This document shows, piece after piece, positions 9,365 through 18,097 of a stretch of DNA of 64,000 nucleotides. How positions within the stretch are numbered: position 1 is the first letter of the stretch; each line of letters starts with the position of its first letter. The notes under the pieces were generated by a model. The model made no database searches, was not told where the DNA came from, and saw only the letters and a list, made by a program, of their open reading frames with translations. Source of the stretch: Candidatus Limnocylindrales bacterium (GTDB lineage Bacteria; Chloroflexota; Limnocylindria; Limnocylindrales; CSP1-4); assembly GCA_038325875.1 (NCBI GenBank), contig JBBQJL010000004.1, positions 42,907-106,906 of the forward strand, written 5' to 3'. The translations under genes and the position numbers were made by a program.

Positions 9365-10432
9365 ATGTCGACCATCCGGATCGCGGTCGCCTCGACGCCG
9401 CTGAAGGCGACTCTCGGAGAGGCCGTTCCAGCGGCGGTCTCGGCGGTGGAGGAGGCTGGTCGACTGGGTGCTCGGATCGTGTGCCTGCCCGAGTCGGGCC
9501 TGCCCGGGCACCGCGTCCAGTCCCGGTCCGTGCGAGACGTGTCGCAGGCTGCCCTCGGCGATGCTCTGGACGCGGTCGCCGACGCGGCCCGCAGGGCCGC
9601 GGTCGTGGCGATCGTCGGGACCGAGCGCCCGACACCCGTGGGTCGCGAGATCGTGTCGGTCGTCCTCGGCGCCGATGGCACGCGGCTCGGCGAGCAGGCC
9701 AAGACGCAGATCGATCCGACCGAGGAGTCGGACTACACGCCGGGTTCCGGGCGACGGGTATTCACGGCGGCTGGCCTGACCTTCGGGATCGCTATCTGCG
9801 ACGAGGCGTTCCGCTACCCGGAGATCGCCCGCTCGCTCGTCCGCGGCGGTGCGCAGATCGTCTTCATCCCGCACTTCGTGACCACCGCCGACGGCTCGCT
9901 CCCGACCCGCTGGTGCGCGGCGGACAACCCATACAACGAGAAGGCGATCCTGTGCCGGGCGCTCGAGAACAGCGTCTACGTCGGCGCGTCGAACGTGGCC
10001 GGACCCGACCAGGGCTCCGCTACTGGCATCATCGCCCCCGATGGCACGCTCGTGGCGAGCCTCGAGTACGGCGTCGTGGGCGTCGTCGCGGCCGACCTCG
10101 ATCTCGACCTCGCAGACCGCCTGCTCGCCCTGCGTTGGGTAACGGCGCGCAACATCCGGGGGATGGGATCGCCGCGCCGGTCAGTCCTTCGGGCGGATCC
10201 GGATGATGAGCATGGCTGCGTCCGGATCGTCGCCGATCGCCTCGCCGTCGTGGGGGATCGTCCCGTCCCAGCGGACGTAGTCGCCAGGACCGATCTCGAT
10301 GACGTGGTCTCCCTGGGTCATCCGGAATCGGCCGCGCAGCACGATATGGTGCTCCTCGCCAGAGTGGCTGTGGGTCCCGACCCGACCCTCGGCCCCGTTC
10401 CAGGTGACCTCGAGGATCGAGACGTCGCGTGA
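9365..10432 (+). CDS. Carbon-nitrogen hydrolase (nitrilase superfamily) with an unusually long C-terminal tail
   Basis: ..RIVCLPE.. (Glu), ..GIAICDE.. (catalytic Cys context). The CN-hydrolase fold appears to end near ..LADRLLALRW (about nt 10150). The frame stays open to 10432, antisense to the next gene. Confidence 0.8.
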   Translation: MSTIRIAVASTPLKATLGEAVPAAVSAVEEAGRLGARIVCLPESGLPGHRVQSRSVRDVSQAALGDALDAVADAARRAAVVAIVGTERPTPVGREIVSVVLGADGTRLGEQAKTQIDPTEESDYTPGSGRRVFTAAGLTFGIAICDEAFRYPEIARSLVRGGAQIVFIPHFVTTADGSLPTRWCAADNPYNEKAILCRALENSVYVGASNVAGPDQGSATGIIAPDGTLVASLEYGVVGVVAADLDLDLADRLLALRWVTARNIRGMGSPRRSVLRADPDDEHGCVRIVADRLAVVGDRPVPADVVARTDLDDVVSLGHPESAAQHDMVLLARVAVGPDPTLGPVPGDLEDRDVA

Positions 10433-10738
10433 GATTCGTCCGTCGACGTGCTCGACACGACCGAGATCGGTGACCGTCACCGGGCGCTCGGCCGCGCGCA
10501 CGACGACCGGTTCAGGCACGTCCTCGAGGAAGAACCAGGCGGCCGGGACGTCGAGCGCATCGGCGATCGAGACGAGGCACTGGAGCGATGGGGACGCCTT
10601 GTCGTTCTCGATCTGCGACAGGTAGCCGACGTTCAGCCCGCTCCGCTCCGCTACGTTCGCCAGGGTCAGGCCGCGCTCGAGGCGCCAGCGTTTGATCTGG
10701 ATCCCGACGGCTGGCTTGCGCCGCTCCTCGGTCGTCAT
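10181..10738 (-). CDS. XRE-family HTH regulator fused to a cupin domain
   Basis: N-terminal ..IKRWRLERGLTLANVAERSGLNVGYLSQIENDK.. (HTH_3). C-terminal cupin ..GTHSHSGEEHHIVLRG..GDYVRWDGTIPH.. Start chosen at MTTEERRK. Confidence 0.85.
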   Translation of the reverse strand: MTTEERRKPAVGIQIKRWRLERGLTLANVAERSGLNVGYLSQIENDKASPSLQCLVSIADALDVPAAWFFLEDVPEPVVVRAAERPVTVTDLGRVEHVDGRISRDVSILEVTWNGAEGRVGTHSHSGEEHHIVLRGRFRMTQGDHVIEIGPGDYVRWDGTIPHDGEAIGDDPDAAMLIIRIRPKD

Positions 10739-10760
10739 GTTGGTTCTCCGCAAACAGGTA

Positions 10761-10790
10761 TTGACATTTATCACGGACGGGCCGTATGTT
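10761..10790 (+). promoter_or_regulatory. Sigma-70-like promoter candidate (TTGACA-N18-TATGTT) in the divergent XRE-cupin / F420-reductase intergenic region
   Basis: Read directly. This is the AT-richest stretch in the neighbourhood, flanked by direct repeats tccgcaaaca (10747-10756) and tccgcaacaaa (10794-10804). Confidence 0.35.
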
Positions 10791-10855
10791 GTGTCCGCAA
10801 CAAATATCGCTTGATGATGGCAAACTCGTCAAGCACCAGGAGAGGATCGATCAGC

Positions 10856-11503
10856 ATGAACATCGCGATCATCGGGGCAGGCAACGTCGGCAAGGCACTC
10901 GCAACCTCCTTCAAGCGGGCGGGCCATGACGTGATCATCGCGTCGCGCGACCCGGAGGACGCCGGCGCCATCGCCGCGGCGACCCACGTCCGGACCGCGA
11001 CCTCCAACGCCGAGGCCGCCGCCGCCGAGGTCGTCGTCCTGGCGATCCCGTTCGCGAGCGCCGCCCAGGTCGCCGCCGAGATCGCCGATGCTGTCGCCGG
11101 CAAGCCGGTCGTCGATGCCACCAACCGGATGTCGTTCGGGGCCGACGGCCCGGAGATCGACAGCACCACCTCGAACGCCGAAGAGCTCGCCCTGTTGCTG
11201 CCGGGCGCCGGCGTGGTCAAGGCGTTCAACACGTTGTTCGCCGCCAATCAGAGCGATCCGATCGCCGACGGCGTCCAGCTCAGTGGCTTCGTCGCCGGGG
11301 ACGACCCCGCTGCCAAGGCCACCGTCCTCGAGCTGGTCGGCTCGATCGGGCTCGACCCGGTCGACGTCGGTCCGCTCCGCCGGGCGCGCCAGCTGGAGGG
11401 TCTGGCCTTCCTAAATATCACCCTGAACATCGCCAACAACGGCAGCTGGCAGTCCGGCTGGAAGCTCGTCGGGGCGCCCAGCACGACCCCCATCGCGGCC
11501 TGA
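10856..11503 (+). CDS. NADP(H)-dependent F420 reductase family (NpdG-like Rossmann oxidoreductase)
   Basis: MNIAIIGAGNVGKALA.. dinucleotide fold and ..VVKAFNT.. motif. AGGAGAGG RBS at 10838-10845. Confidence 0.8.
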   Translation: MNIAIIGAGNVGKALATSFKRAGHDVIIASRDPEDAGAIAAATHVRTATSNAEAAAAEVVVLAIPFASAAQVAAEIADAVAGKPVVDATNRMSFGADGPEIDSTTSNAEELALLLPGAGVVKAFNTLFAANQSDPIADGVQLSGFVAGDDPAAKATVLELVGSIGLDPVDVGPLRRARQLEGLAFLNITLNIANNGSWQSGWKLVGAPSTTPIAA

Positions 11504-11508
11504 CCGTC

Positions 11509-12030
11509 ATGGTCGACCCCACACCCTTCGGGACGACGACCGGGATCCTGAGCATCCCGGTCGCCCGCCTCAACCACGCGGTCCTGTACGTCCGTGACGC
11601 CGTTCGTGCGGCGGAGTTCTACGGTCGGCTGTTCGGGTTCGAGGTCGTCGAGAACGCCTTCGGTGGGCGGGCGGTCTTCATGCGCGCCGCCCACGGCGAG
11701 AACCACCACGACCTGGGGCTCTTCTCGGTTGGCCCGGACGCGCCCCGGCCGCCGCGCGGCTCGGTCGGGCTCTACCACCTTGCCTGGGAAGTCCCGACCA
11801 TCGAGGACCTGGCTCATGCGGCCGCGGTCCTGTCCGAGGCGGGCGCGCTCGGCGGCGCGTCCGATCACGGCGTCTCGAAGTCGCTCTACGGTGCCGACCC
11901 GGACGGCAACGATTTCGAGGTCATGTGGCGGGTGCCACGCGAGGCGTGGGGCGAGTACGCCGACAAGGGTGCGGTCATGCCGCTTGATCTCGACGCCGAG
12001 GTCCGCCGCTGGGGCGCTCCGGCGCGCTAG
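11509..12030 (+). CDS. VOC/glyoxalase-family (extradiol dioxygenase-like) protein
   Basis: ..LNHAVLYVRDAVRAAEFYGRLFGFEVV..HHDLGLF..LYHLAWEV..SLYGADPDGNDFEV.. Confidence 0.85.
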   Translation: MVDPTPFGTTTGILSIPVARLNHAVLYVRDAVRAAEFYGRLFGFEVVENAFGGRAVFMRAAHGENHHDLGLFSVGPDAPRPPRGSVGLYHLAWEVPTIEDLAHAAAVLSEAGALGGASDHGVSKSLYGADPDGNDFEVMWRVPREAWGEYADKGAVMPLDLDAEVRRWGAPAR

Positions 12031-12101
12031 ACTCGCCTCCTCGCGACCCTGGGGAGGCCCTTCGTGCGTTCCGCGTCCCGTCGTCGACCGCCCGCCTGGA
12101 C

Positions 12102-13238
12102 ATGATGAGCGGCCGCATGCCTGCCGGATTCGGTTCGGTCAGGGCCCGCTTCGGCGCGTCGCCCCTCATCCGTCGGATCCGGTTCTACTTCCACCGGGCA
12201 TCGGGCCAGGTCGATCGACACTTCTTCCTCAACCTGGTCGAGGGGATCGTGGTCATCGTGGCCATCGCGGCGCTCCTCATCACCCTCCTCGAGAAGCCGT
12301 GGTCGCTCGCATCGGTCGGCTCGTCCTTCTACTGGGGGATCACCACCGTCCTCGGTCAGGGCGACTCGTCGTTCATCACCTCGCCGGCCGGCTGGGTCAT
12401 CAGCTGGTTCCTGATCCTGTTCGGCGTCGCCCTGTTCGGCACGCTGACCGGGGCGCTGATCGCCATCGTCATCGATTTCCTGCTCAAGGAGGGCCAGGGC
12501 ATGGGCGCGTCGGGATACGAGGGCCACGTCGTGGTCTGCGGCTGGAACGCAACGGCTCGCGACCTCATCGCCGAACTCCGGACGGACGACTTCAAGGTCA
12601 AGGTCGCCGTCGTGGCCCAGGCTGACAAGAACCCCGCTGGCGAGGGTGTCTACTTCGTGAAGGGCGACCCGACCGAAGCGCCGGACCTCGAGCGGGCAGG
12701 CATCCAGAACGCCCTCGCCGCTGTCGTGTTCCCGGCCGACGACTCCAACGATGCCGACATGCGCTCGATCCTCACGGTCATGGCCATCAAGGCGGTCGCC
12801 CCACACGTGCGGACCGTCGCCGAGGTGAACAACCCGCGCCATGTCGAGCACTTTCGCCGGGCGCGGGCGAACGAGCTCATCGTCTCGTCGCAGCTCGCAT
12901 CCCGGCTCCTCGCCCGGTCGGCGCTCTATCCTGGGCTGACCGAGCTGGTCGCCGATATCGTGTCGGGCGGGGAAGGCTCGGAGCTGTACCGCATCGAGAT
13001 CCCGGCCGAATACCTCGGGCTGTCGGTCGACGACGTGAGCGCGCGACTCAGGGCCGAGCACCGGGCCACCCTCCTTTCGATCAGCCGCGGCGGCAAGGCC
13101 TTCGTCAACCCGGCGACCGACTTCACGATCGAGCCCGGCGACGACGCGGTGGTCGTCGCCGAATCGCTGGGCACCCTGGCCCCCCTGGTGCTGTCCCACG
13201 ATGAGGAGCCGGCTACTTCGAGCTCCGCCGGACTGTAG
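12102..13238 (+). CDS. Two-TM K+-channel-like protein with cytoplasmic RCK/TrkA-N domain and a non-canonical pore signature
   Basis: Pore region ..FYWGITTVLGQGD.. in place of T(V/I)GYGD. RCK Rossmann ..HVVVCGWNATARDLIAEL.. and a C-terminal TrkA-C-like segment. Confidence 0.85.
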   Translation: MMSGRMPAGFGSVRARFGASPLIRRIRFYFHRASGQVDRHFFLNLVEGIVVIVAIAALLITLLEKPWSLASVGSSFYWGITTVLGQGDSSFITSPAGWVISWFLILFGVALFGTLTGALIAIVIDFLLKEGQGMGASGYEGHVVVCGWNATARDLIAELRTDDFKVKVAVVAQADKNPAGEGVYFVKGDPTEAPDLERAGIQNALAAVVFPADDSNDADMRSILTVMAIKAVAPHVRTVAEVNNPRHVEHFRRARANELIVSSQLASRLLARSALYPGLTELVADIVSGGEGSELYRIEIPAEYLGLSVDDVSARLRAEHRATLLSISRGGKAFVNPATDFTIEPGDDAVVVAESLGTLAPLVLSHDEEPATSSSAGL

Positions 13239-13240
13239 GG

Positions 13241-13864
13241 TCAGGCCTCCTTGACGGCGGCGTACCAGATCCGCTCGGCGACCTCGGTCACGTCGTCGGC
13301 GATGCGGGCGAAGCGTCGATAGAGCTCCCGTCGACCCATGACCTCGCGCAGGTCGGAGACCTCGAGGAGGCCGGACATCCCCTGGCGATAGACCCGCTCG
13401 AGCTGGCGCTGCGCCTTGACCGCCTTGTCGGCGGCAGCGGTCGCGGCCTCGCTGTCGCCACTCGACCTCCCGAGGTGGTCGAACGCCTCGGCGAGTTTGC
13501 GGACGCCCTCGGCGAGGTGGGCCGCCATCCCGGCGACCGTGGCATCGGGCGGGACCGCCATCAGGTCCGACTCACGGACGGCGTCTTTGGCGCCGTTGAG
13601 CACCGCGTCAAGCCGGCCCGACATGACGAACAGGTCCTCGGCACCGATCGGGGTGATGAACGCGGTCTTGAGGTGCGCGCGGAGCTCCTTCTTCAGGTCG
13701 TCGGCTCGATGCTCGGCGTCCCGGACCCGATCGCTCGCCGTCGGATCGCCGTCCGCCCATTCGACCAGGGCGGCCATCCCCTCCATCGTAACGGCGGCCT
13801 GGCGCCGGAGGGTGCCAAGGACATCCGGGTTCTCCGGCAGGAACCAGCTCATCTTGCCTGGCAT
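13241..13864 (-). CDS. DUF47 / PhoU-like phosphate-transport regulator (Pit accessory protein)
   Basis: MPGKMSWFLPENPDVLGTLRRQ.. helical PhoU_div-type sequence, immediately downstream of the Pit gene (10-nt gap). Confidence 0.85.
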   Translation of the reverse strand: MPGKMSWFLPENPDVLGTLRRQAAVTMEGMAALVEWADGDPTASDRVRDAEHRADDLKKELRAHLKTAFITPIGAEDLFVMSGRLDAVLNGAKDAVRESDLMAVPPDATVAGMAAHLAEGVRKLAEAFDHLGRSSGDSEAATAAADKAVKAQRQLERVYRQGMSGLLEVSDLREVMGRRELYRRFARIADDVTEVAERIWYAAVKEA

Positions 13865-13874
13865 CGGCTGGACC

Positions 13875-14891
13875 TCACGGTAGGGACTTCCAGATCGGCA
13901 ACGACAACGCCGCGATGATGCCTGCAGCCGGCATCGTGGTGACCCAGGTGATGGCGATCTCGCGAACGATCTCCCAGCTGACGTGACGCCAGCGCGCTCG
14001 ACCAACCCCGATCCCGACGACCGAGCTCGAGACGATCTGGGAGGTGCTGACCGGTGCCCCGATGATCGACGCAGCGAAGATCACGCTGGCTGACGACGAC
14101 TGGCTGACGAGGCTATCCAGACTGCGGATCGGGAAGATCCTGCGGCCGACCGTCTTGATGATCCCCCAGCCGCCGAACGCCGTACCCAGCGTCATCGCGA
14201 CCGACGCACCCAGGACCACCGGCAGCGGTGCCGACAGGCTGTGCGTGTTGCCGCTGGCGAAGAGCAGGCCCGCGACGATCCCGACCGTCTTCTGGGCGTC
14301 GTTCGATCCGTGGCTGAAGGCCAGCCATGCGGACATGGCCCACTGGACGCTACGGACGGGGCCGCGCATCCGGGCCGATGCCCGACGCGTGGCCCGGAGG
14401 GCGATCCGTTCGACGATGAACGCCACCACGAACCCGAGCATCGTCGCCACCAGCAGGCCGATCATCACGCCGAGCACCCCGTAGACATGCCCGTCCTGGT
14501 ACGGCCCTAGGTTCACCGAGCGCGGCCCGGCGTCGAGCATGGCCGCACCGACCAGGCCCCCGACGAGCGCGTGGCTCGAGCTCGACGGGATATTCCGTCG
14601 CCAAGCCACCGCGTTCCAGACTACTGCTCCGGTCAGGCCGGCCCCGATCACCGGGATCGTGTCGACGGGGCTGACCGTCACGAGCTTGCTGACGCTATTG
14701 GCGACGGCCGCCCCGAACAGGAGCGGCCCAATGAGGTTGAAGACCGAGGCCATCGCGACCGCGGGCAGCGGGCGAGCGATCCGGGTGGCGACTAGCGTCG
14801 CGATCGAGTTCGCCGCGTCGAGGATCCCGTTGGTCAGGGCGAAAGCGAACGCCATGAGGATGGCCAGGACCAGGGCCACATCGGCCGTCAT
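13875..14891 (-). CDS. Inorganic phosphate transporter, PiT (PHO4) family
   Basis: ..AFALTNGILDAANSIATLV.. and ..AFSHGSNDAQKTVGI.. (duplicated GxNDxxN PiT signature), polytopic. Confidence 0.9.
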   Translation of the reverse strand: MTADVALVLAILMAFAFALTNGILDAANSIATLVATRIARPLPAVAMASVFNLIGPLLFGAAVANSVSKLVTVSPVDTIPVIGAGLTGAVVWNAVAWRRNIPSSSSHALVGGLVGAAMLDAGPRSVNLGPYQDGHVYGVLGVMIGLLVATMLGFVVAFIVERIALRATRRASARMRGPVRSVQWAMSAWLAFSHGSNDAQKTVGIVAGLLFASGNTHSLSAPLPVVLGASVAMTLGTAFGGWGIIKTVGRRIFPIRSLDSLVSQSSSASVIFAASIIGAPVSTSQIVSSSVVGIGVGRARWRHVSWEIVREIAITWVTTMPAAGIIAALSLPIWKSLP

Positions 14892-14976
14892 GGAGCACCG
14901 CCTGGGATCGCGGACGAGATCGGGCCGGTCGTCCGTCTGGTCGCCGATGATAGCCGTCTGAGGTCGACCCGCCCGG

Positions 14977-16416
14977 TCAGACCGCCTTGACCGCGCTGAC
15001 CAGGGCGGCCAGGCCGTCCTTGGCGTCGGCGAACAGCATCCCTGTCTTTGGGTCGGCGTACAGCTCGTTGTCGATGCCAGCGTAACCGCGGCCCATCGAG
15101 CGCTTGATCACGACGATCGACTTGGCATGGTCCACGTCGAGGATCGGCATGCCCGAGACCGGCGAGCCGGGCCGACGGGCGGCCGGGTTGGTCACGTCGT
15201 TGGCGCCGATCACGAGGGCCACATCGCAGCGGTCGAACTCGGGGTTGATCTCGTCCATCTCTTTGAGTTGCGGATAGGGCACGTTCGCCTCGGCCAGAAG
15301 GACGTTCATGTGCCCCGGCATCCGGCCGGCCACGGGATGGATGGCGTACTTCACGTCCACGCCACGTGTCTCGAGGAGCTCGGCCAGCTCGCGGACCTGG
15401 TGCTGTGCCTGGGCCACGGCCAGGCCATAGCCCGGGACGATGATCACGTGCTGGGCATAGGCCAACTGGATCGCCACGTCGTCCGCGGAGATCTCTCGGA
15501 CGGAACCCCCGGGACCGCCGATGACCGTCTGGGTCCCCTCGGCTCCGCCGAAACCGCCGGCGATGATGTTGATCACCGAGCGGTTCATCGCGTCGGCCAT
15601 CAGCTTGGTCAGGATCCCGCCCGAGGCTCCGACGAGAGCGCCGGAGATGATCAGGACCGGGTTGCCCAGGACGAACCCGGCCATCGCCGCGGCCGTACCG
15701 GTGAACGAGTTCAGGAGGCTGATGACGACCGGCATGTCGGCACCGCCGATCGGCAGGACCATCGTGACCCCGAAAACGAGGCCGACCGCGACGACGATCG
15801 CCAGGATCGCCACGCTCGCGCTGCCCGTCAGGGTCAGCGTGCCGAGCGCTCCGAGGATGAGCCCGATCGTACCCAGCGCAGCGACCACGGCGATGGCGAT
15901 CGTCACGATCCGCCCGCCGGGGATCATGATCGGCTTGCCCGCGATCAACCCCTGGAGCTTGCCGCCGGCGATCAGCGAGCCGCTGAACGTGACCGACCCG
16001 ATGACGGCGCCGAGGACGACGAAGATCGTGGTCGACAGGTCGGCGCCCTGGTCGGACAGCCGGATGAAGTCATCGATCGCGACGAGCGCCGCGGCCCCGC
16101 CTCCGACCGCGTTGAACAGCGACACCAGCTGCGGCATCGCTGTCATCTTCACGGTCCGCGCGGTGTACAGGCCTGCCCCACCGCCGATCGCGAAGCCCAC
16201 GACGATGATCGCCCATGCGGTCGGACTCAGGCCGCCGGGCTGGGCGACCAGCCAGACGAGCGTCGCGCCGACCGCGACGGTCATGCCCGCCGCGCTCAGC
16301 CGGTTACCGTTCCGGGCGGTCGCCGGCGAGTTCATCTGGTGGAGACCCAGCACGAAGCAGGCGGCGCCGGCCAGCCAGGCCAGGTAGACGAACGTGTAGA
16401 TCCACTCGATGGACAT
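14977..16416 (-). CDS. pntB: NAD(P) transhydrogenase subunit beta
   Basis: Polytopic N-half and a C-terminal dIII NADP(H) domain ..VPGYGLAVAQAQH..KYAIHPVAGRMPGHMNVLLAEA..VIGANDVTNP.. Confidence 0.95.
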   Translation of the reverse strand: MSIEWIYTFVYLAWLAGAACFVLGLHQMNSPATARNGNRLSAAGMTVAVGATLVWLVAQPGGLSPTAWAIIVVGFAIGGGAGLYTARTVKMTAMPQLVSLFNAVGGGAAALVAIDDFIRLSDQGADLSTTIFVVLGAVIGSVTFSGSLIAGGKLQGLIAGKPIMIPGGRIVTIAIAVVAALGTIGLILGALGTLTLTGSASVAILAIVVAVGLVFGVTMVLPIGGADMPVVISLLNSFTGTAAAMAGFVLGNPVLIISGALVGASGGILTKLMADAMNRSVINIIAGGFGGAEGTQTVIGGPGGSVREISADDVAIQLAYAQHVIIVPGYGLAVAQAQHQVRELAELLETRGVDVKYAIHPVAGRMPGHMNVLLAEANVPYPQLKEMDEINPEFDRCDVALVIGANDVTNPAARRPGSPVSGMPILDVDHAKSIVVIKRSMGRGYAGIDNELYADPKTGMLFADAKDGLAALVSAVKAV

Positions 16417-16431
16417 CCGGCTGCTCCTCGC

Positions 16432-16764
16432 CTAGGACCCGGAGGCGCCCGGGGCGTCCTCCGACCCGGCCTTCGCGGCCGCTGGCTTCTTCCTGAACAT
16501 CTGGAGCATCCGGTCCGTCACGACGTAACCGCCGACCACGTTCATCGCTCCGAAGACCATGGCCACGAAGGCCAACGCATAGCTGATCGGGTTGTCCGCC
16601 TCCGCGGCGATGATCATCGCCCCGACCAGGACGATGCCGTGGATCGAGTTGGCCCCCGACATCAACGGGGTGTGGAGGGTCGCCGGCACCTTGCTGATGA
16701 CCTCGAACCCGACGAGGATCGCCAGGACGAAGATGGCCAGCGAGGTGAGGAGTTCGTTGCTCAT
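16432..16764 (-). CDS. pntAB: NAD(P) transhydrogenase subunit alpha part 2 (membrane part)
   Basis: 110-aa protein MSNELLTSLAIFVLAILVGFEVISKVPATLHTPLMSGANSIHGIV... Only the last 110 codons of the 618-aa listed ORF are plausible. ATGA overlap with pntAA at 16761-16764. Confidence 0.9.
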   Translation of the reverse strand: MSNELLTSLAIFVLAILVGFEVISKVPATLHTPLMSGANSIHGIVLVGAMIIAAEADNPISYALAFVAMVFGAMNVVGGYVVTDRMLQMFRKKPAAAKAGSEDAPGASGS

Positions 16765-17927
16765 GCCGAGGCACCTCCGGCGGCCGGGGCCGCGGACTCG
16801 AGGAGTTTCTTCGTCGCCGGCTGGACGACGGCTCCACCGTGGGCGATGACCGTGCCGGCGGTGATCTCCTCGTCGAAGTCGTACGTCATCGCCCCGTCCT
16901 TCACGAAGTGGAGGAGGAGCGCCGAGATGTTCCGGGCGTAGAACGCGGAGGCTCCGGCCGGCATCGTGGCAGGCAGGTTGTCCGGGGCGATGATGGCGAC
17001 CCCGTTGTCGGTCACGATCGTGTCGCCGGCCCGGCTCAGCTCGACGTTGCCGCCGAGGGCGGAGGCCGCCATGTCCACGATGACCGAACCGGGCTTCATC
17101 CCACCGACGGCAGCCGCGGTGACCAGCAGCGGCGGGCGTCGCCCGGGGACCTGGGCCGTGGTGATGACCACGTCCATCGTGGCGATGTGCCCGTTGAGCT
17201 CGGCCTGCTGGGCGGCCTGCTCCTCGGGCGTGAGCTGGCGGGCGTAGCCGCCCTCGCCCGACGCGTCGGCGACCGACTTGAGGACGATGAAGGTGGCTCC
17301 GAGCGACTCGGCCTGCTCCTTGGTCTCCGACCGGACGTCGTAGGCCTTGACCACCGAGCCGAGGCGCCGCGCCGTGCCGATCGCCTGCAGGCCGGCCACG
17401 CCGATCCCGAGGATGAGCACGTTGGCCGGCTTGGCGGTCCCTGCGGCCGTTGTCAGCAGCGGGAAGTAGCGGCCGTACGCATTCGCGGCGATGAGGACCG
17501 CCTTGTAGCCGGCGACGTTGGCCTGCGAGCTCAGGGCGTCCATCGACTGCGCCCGCGACAGCGTCCGCGGCAGGGTGTCCAGGCTGATCGCCGTGACGCC
17601 GCGGGCGGCCAGGGTCGCCGCCAGCTTCGGGTCGATCAGGGGCGCCAGGAAGCCGATCACGGCCTGGCCCGAGCGGAGTAGCGCGACCTCGGCGTCTGAC
17701 GGCTTCTGGACACGCAGGATCACGTCCGCCCGACCGTATAGATCGGCCGTCGACACGACCGCTGCGCCGACCTCCGCGTAGGCGGAGTCGGGGATGGCCG
17801 CACCGGCACCGGCGCCGGCCTCGACGAGGATCTCGAGTCCGGCAGCAGTCAGCTTGCCGAGCGCTTCGGGTACCAGAGCGACGCGCCGTTCGCCGGCCAC
17901 GGTCTCCCTGGCGACGCCGACCTTCAT
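16761..17927 (-). CDS. pntAA: NAD(P) transhydrogenase subunit alpha part 1 (AlaDH-like dI)
   Basis: MKVGVARETVAGERRVALVPE.. and ..VLILGIGVAGLQAIGTARRLG.. Rossmann motif. Start chosen at MKVGV. Confidence 0.9.
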   Translation of the reverse strand: MKVGVARETVAGERRVALVPEALGKLTAAGLEILVEAGAGAGAAIPDSAYAEVGAAVVSTADLYGRADVILRVQKPSDAEVALLRSGQAVIGFLAPLIDPKLAATLAARGVTAISLDTLPRTLSRAQSMDALSSQANVAGYKAVLIAANAYGRYFPLLTTAAGTAKPANVLILGIGVAGLQAIGTARRLGSVVKAYDVRSETKEQAESLGATFIVLKSVADASGEGGYARQLTPEEQAAQQAELNGHIATMDVVITTAQVPGRRPPLLVTAAAVGGMKPGSVIVDMAASALGGNVELSRAGDTIVTDNGVAIIAPDNLPATMPAGASAFYARNISALLLHFVKDGAMTYDFDEEITAGTVIAHGGAVVQPATKKLLESAAPAAGGASA

Positions 17928-18097
17928 GGGCACCACCTGTGGGTCTTGGGGTTCGGGATATCGCCGCAAAGGATACCCGAGGCGACGGCCCGGTCGTGCG
18001 GAGGGGACGGGTCGCGATCCGGTGGCGGTCCGGTTGCCATCGGGTGCATCGGCCTTGCCATCCGTGGTCCGCTGGCGGCTCGGCTAGGATGGACGCC

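Noticed and set aside
15127-16941. 604-aa plus-strand ORF
   Set aside because: It is antisense to pntB/pntAB. It is extremely Arg/Asp/Gly/His-rich with no motifs, while the opposite strand encodes textbook transhydrogenase sequence.
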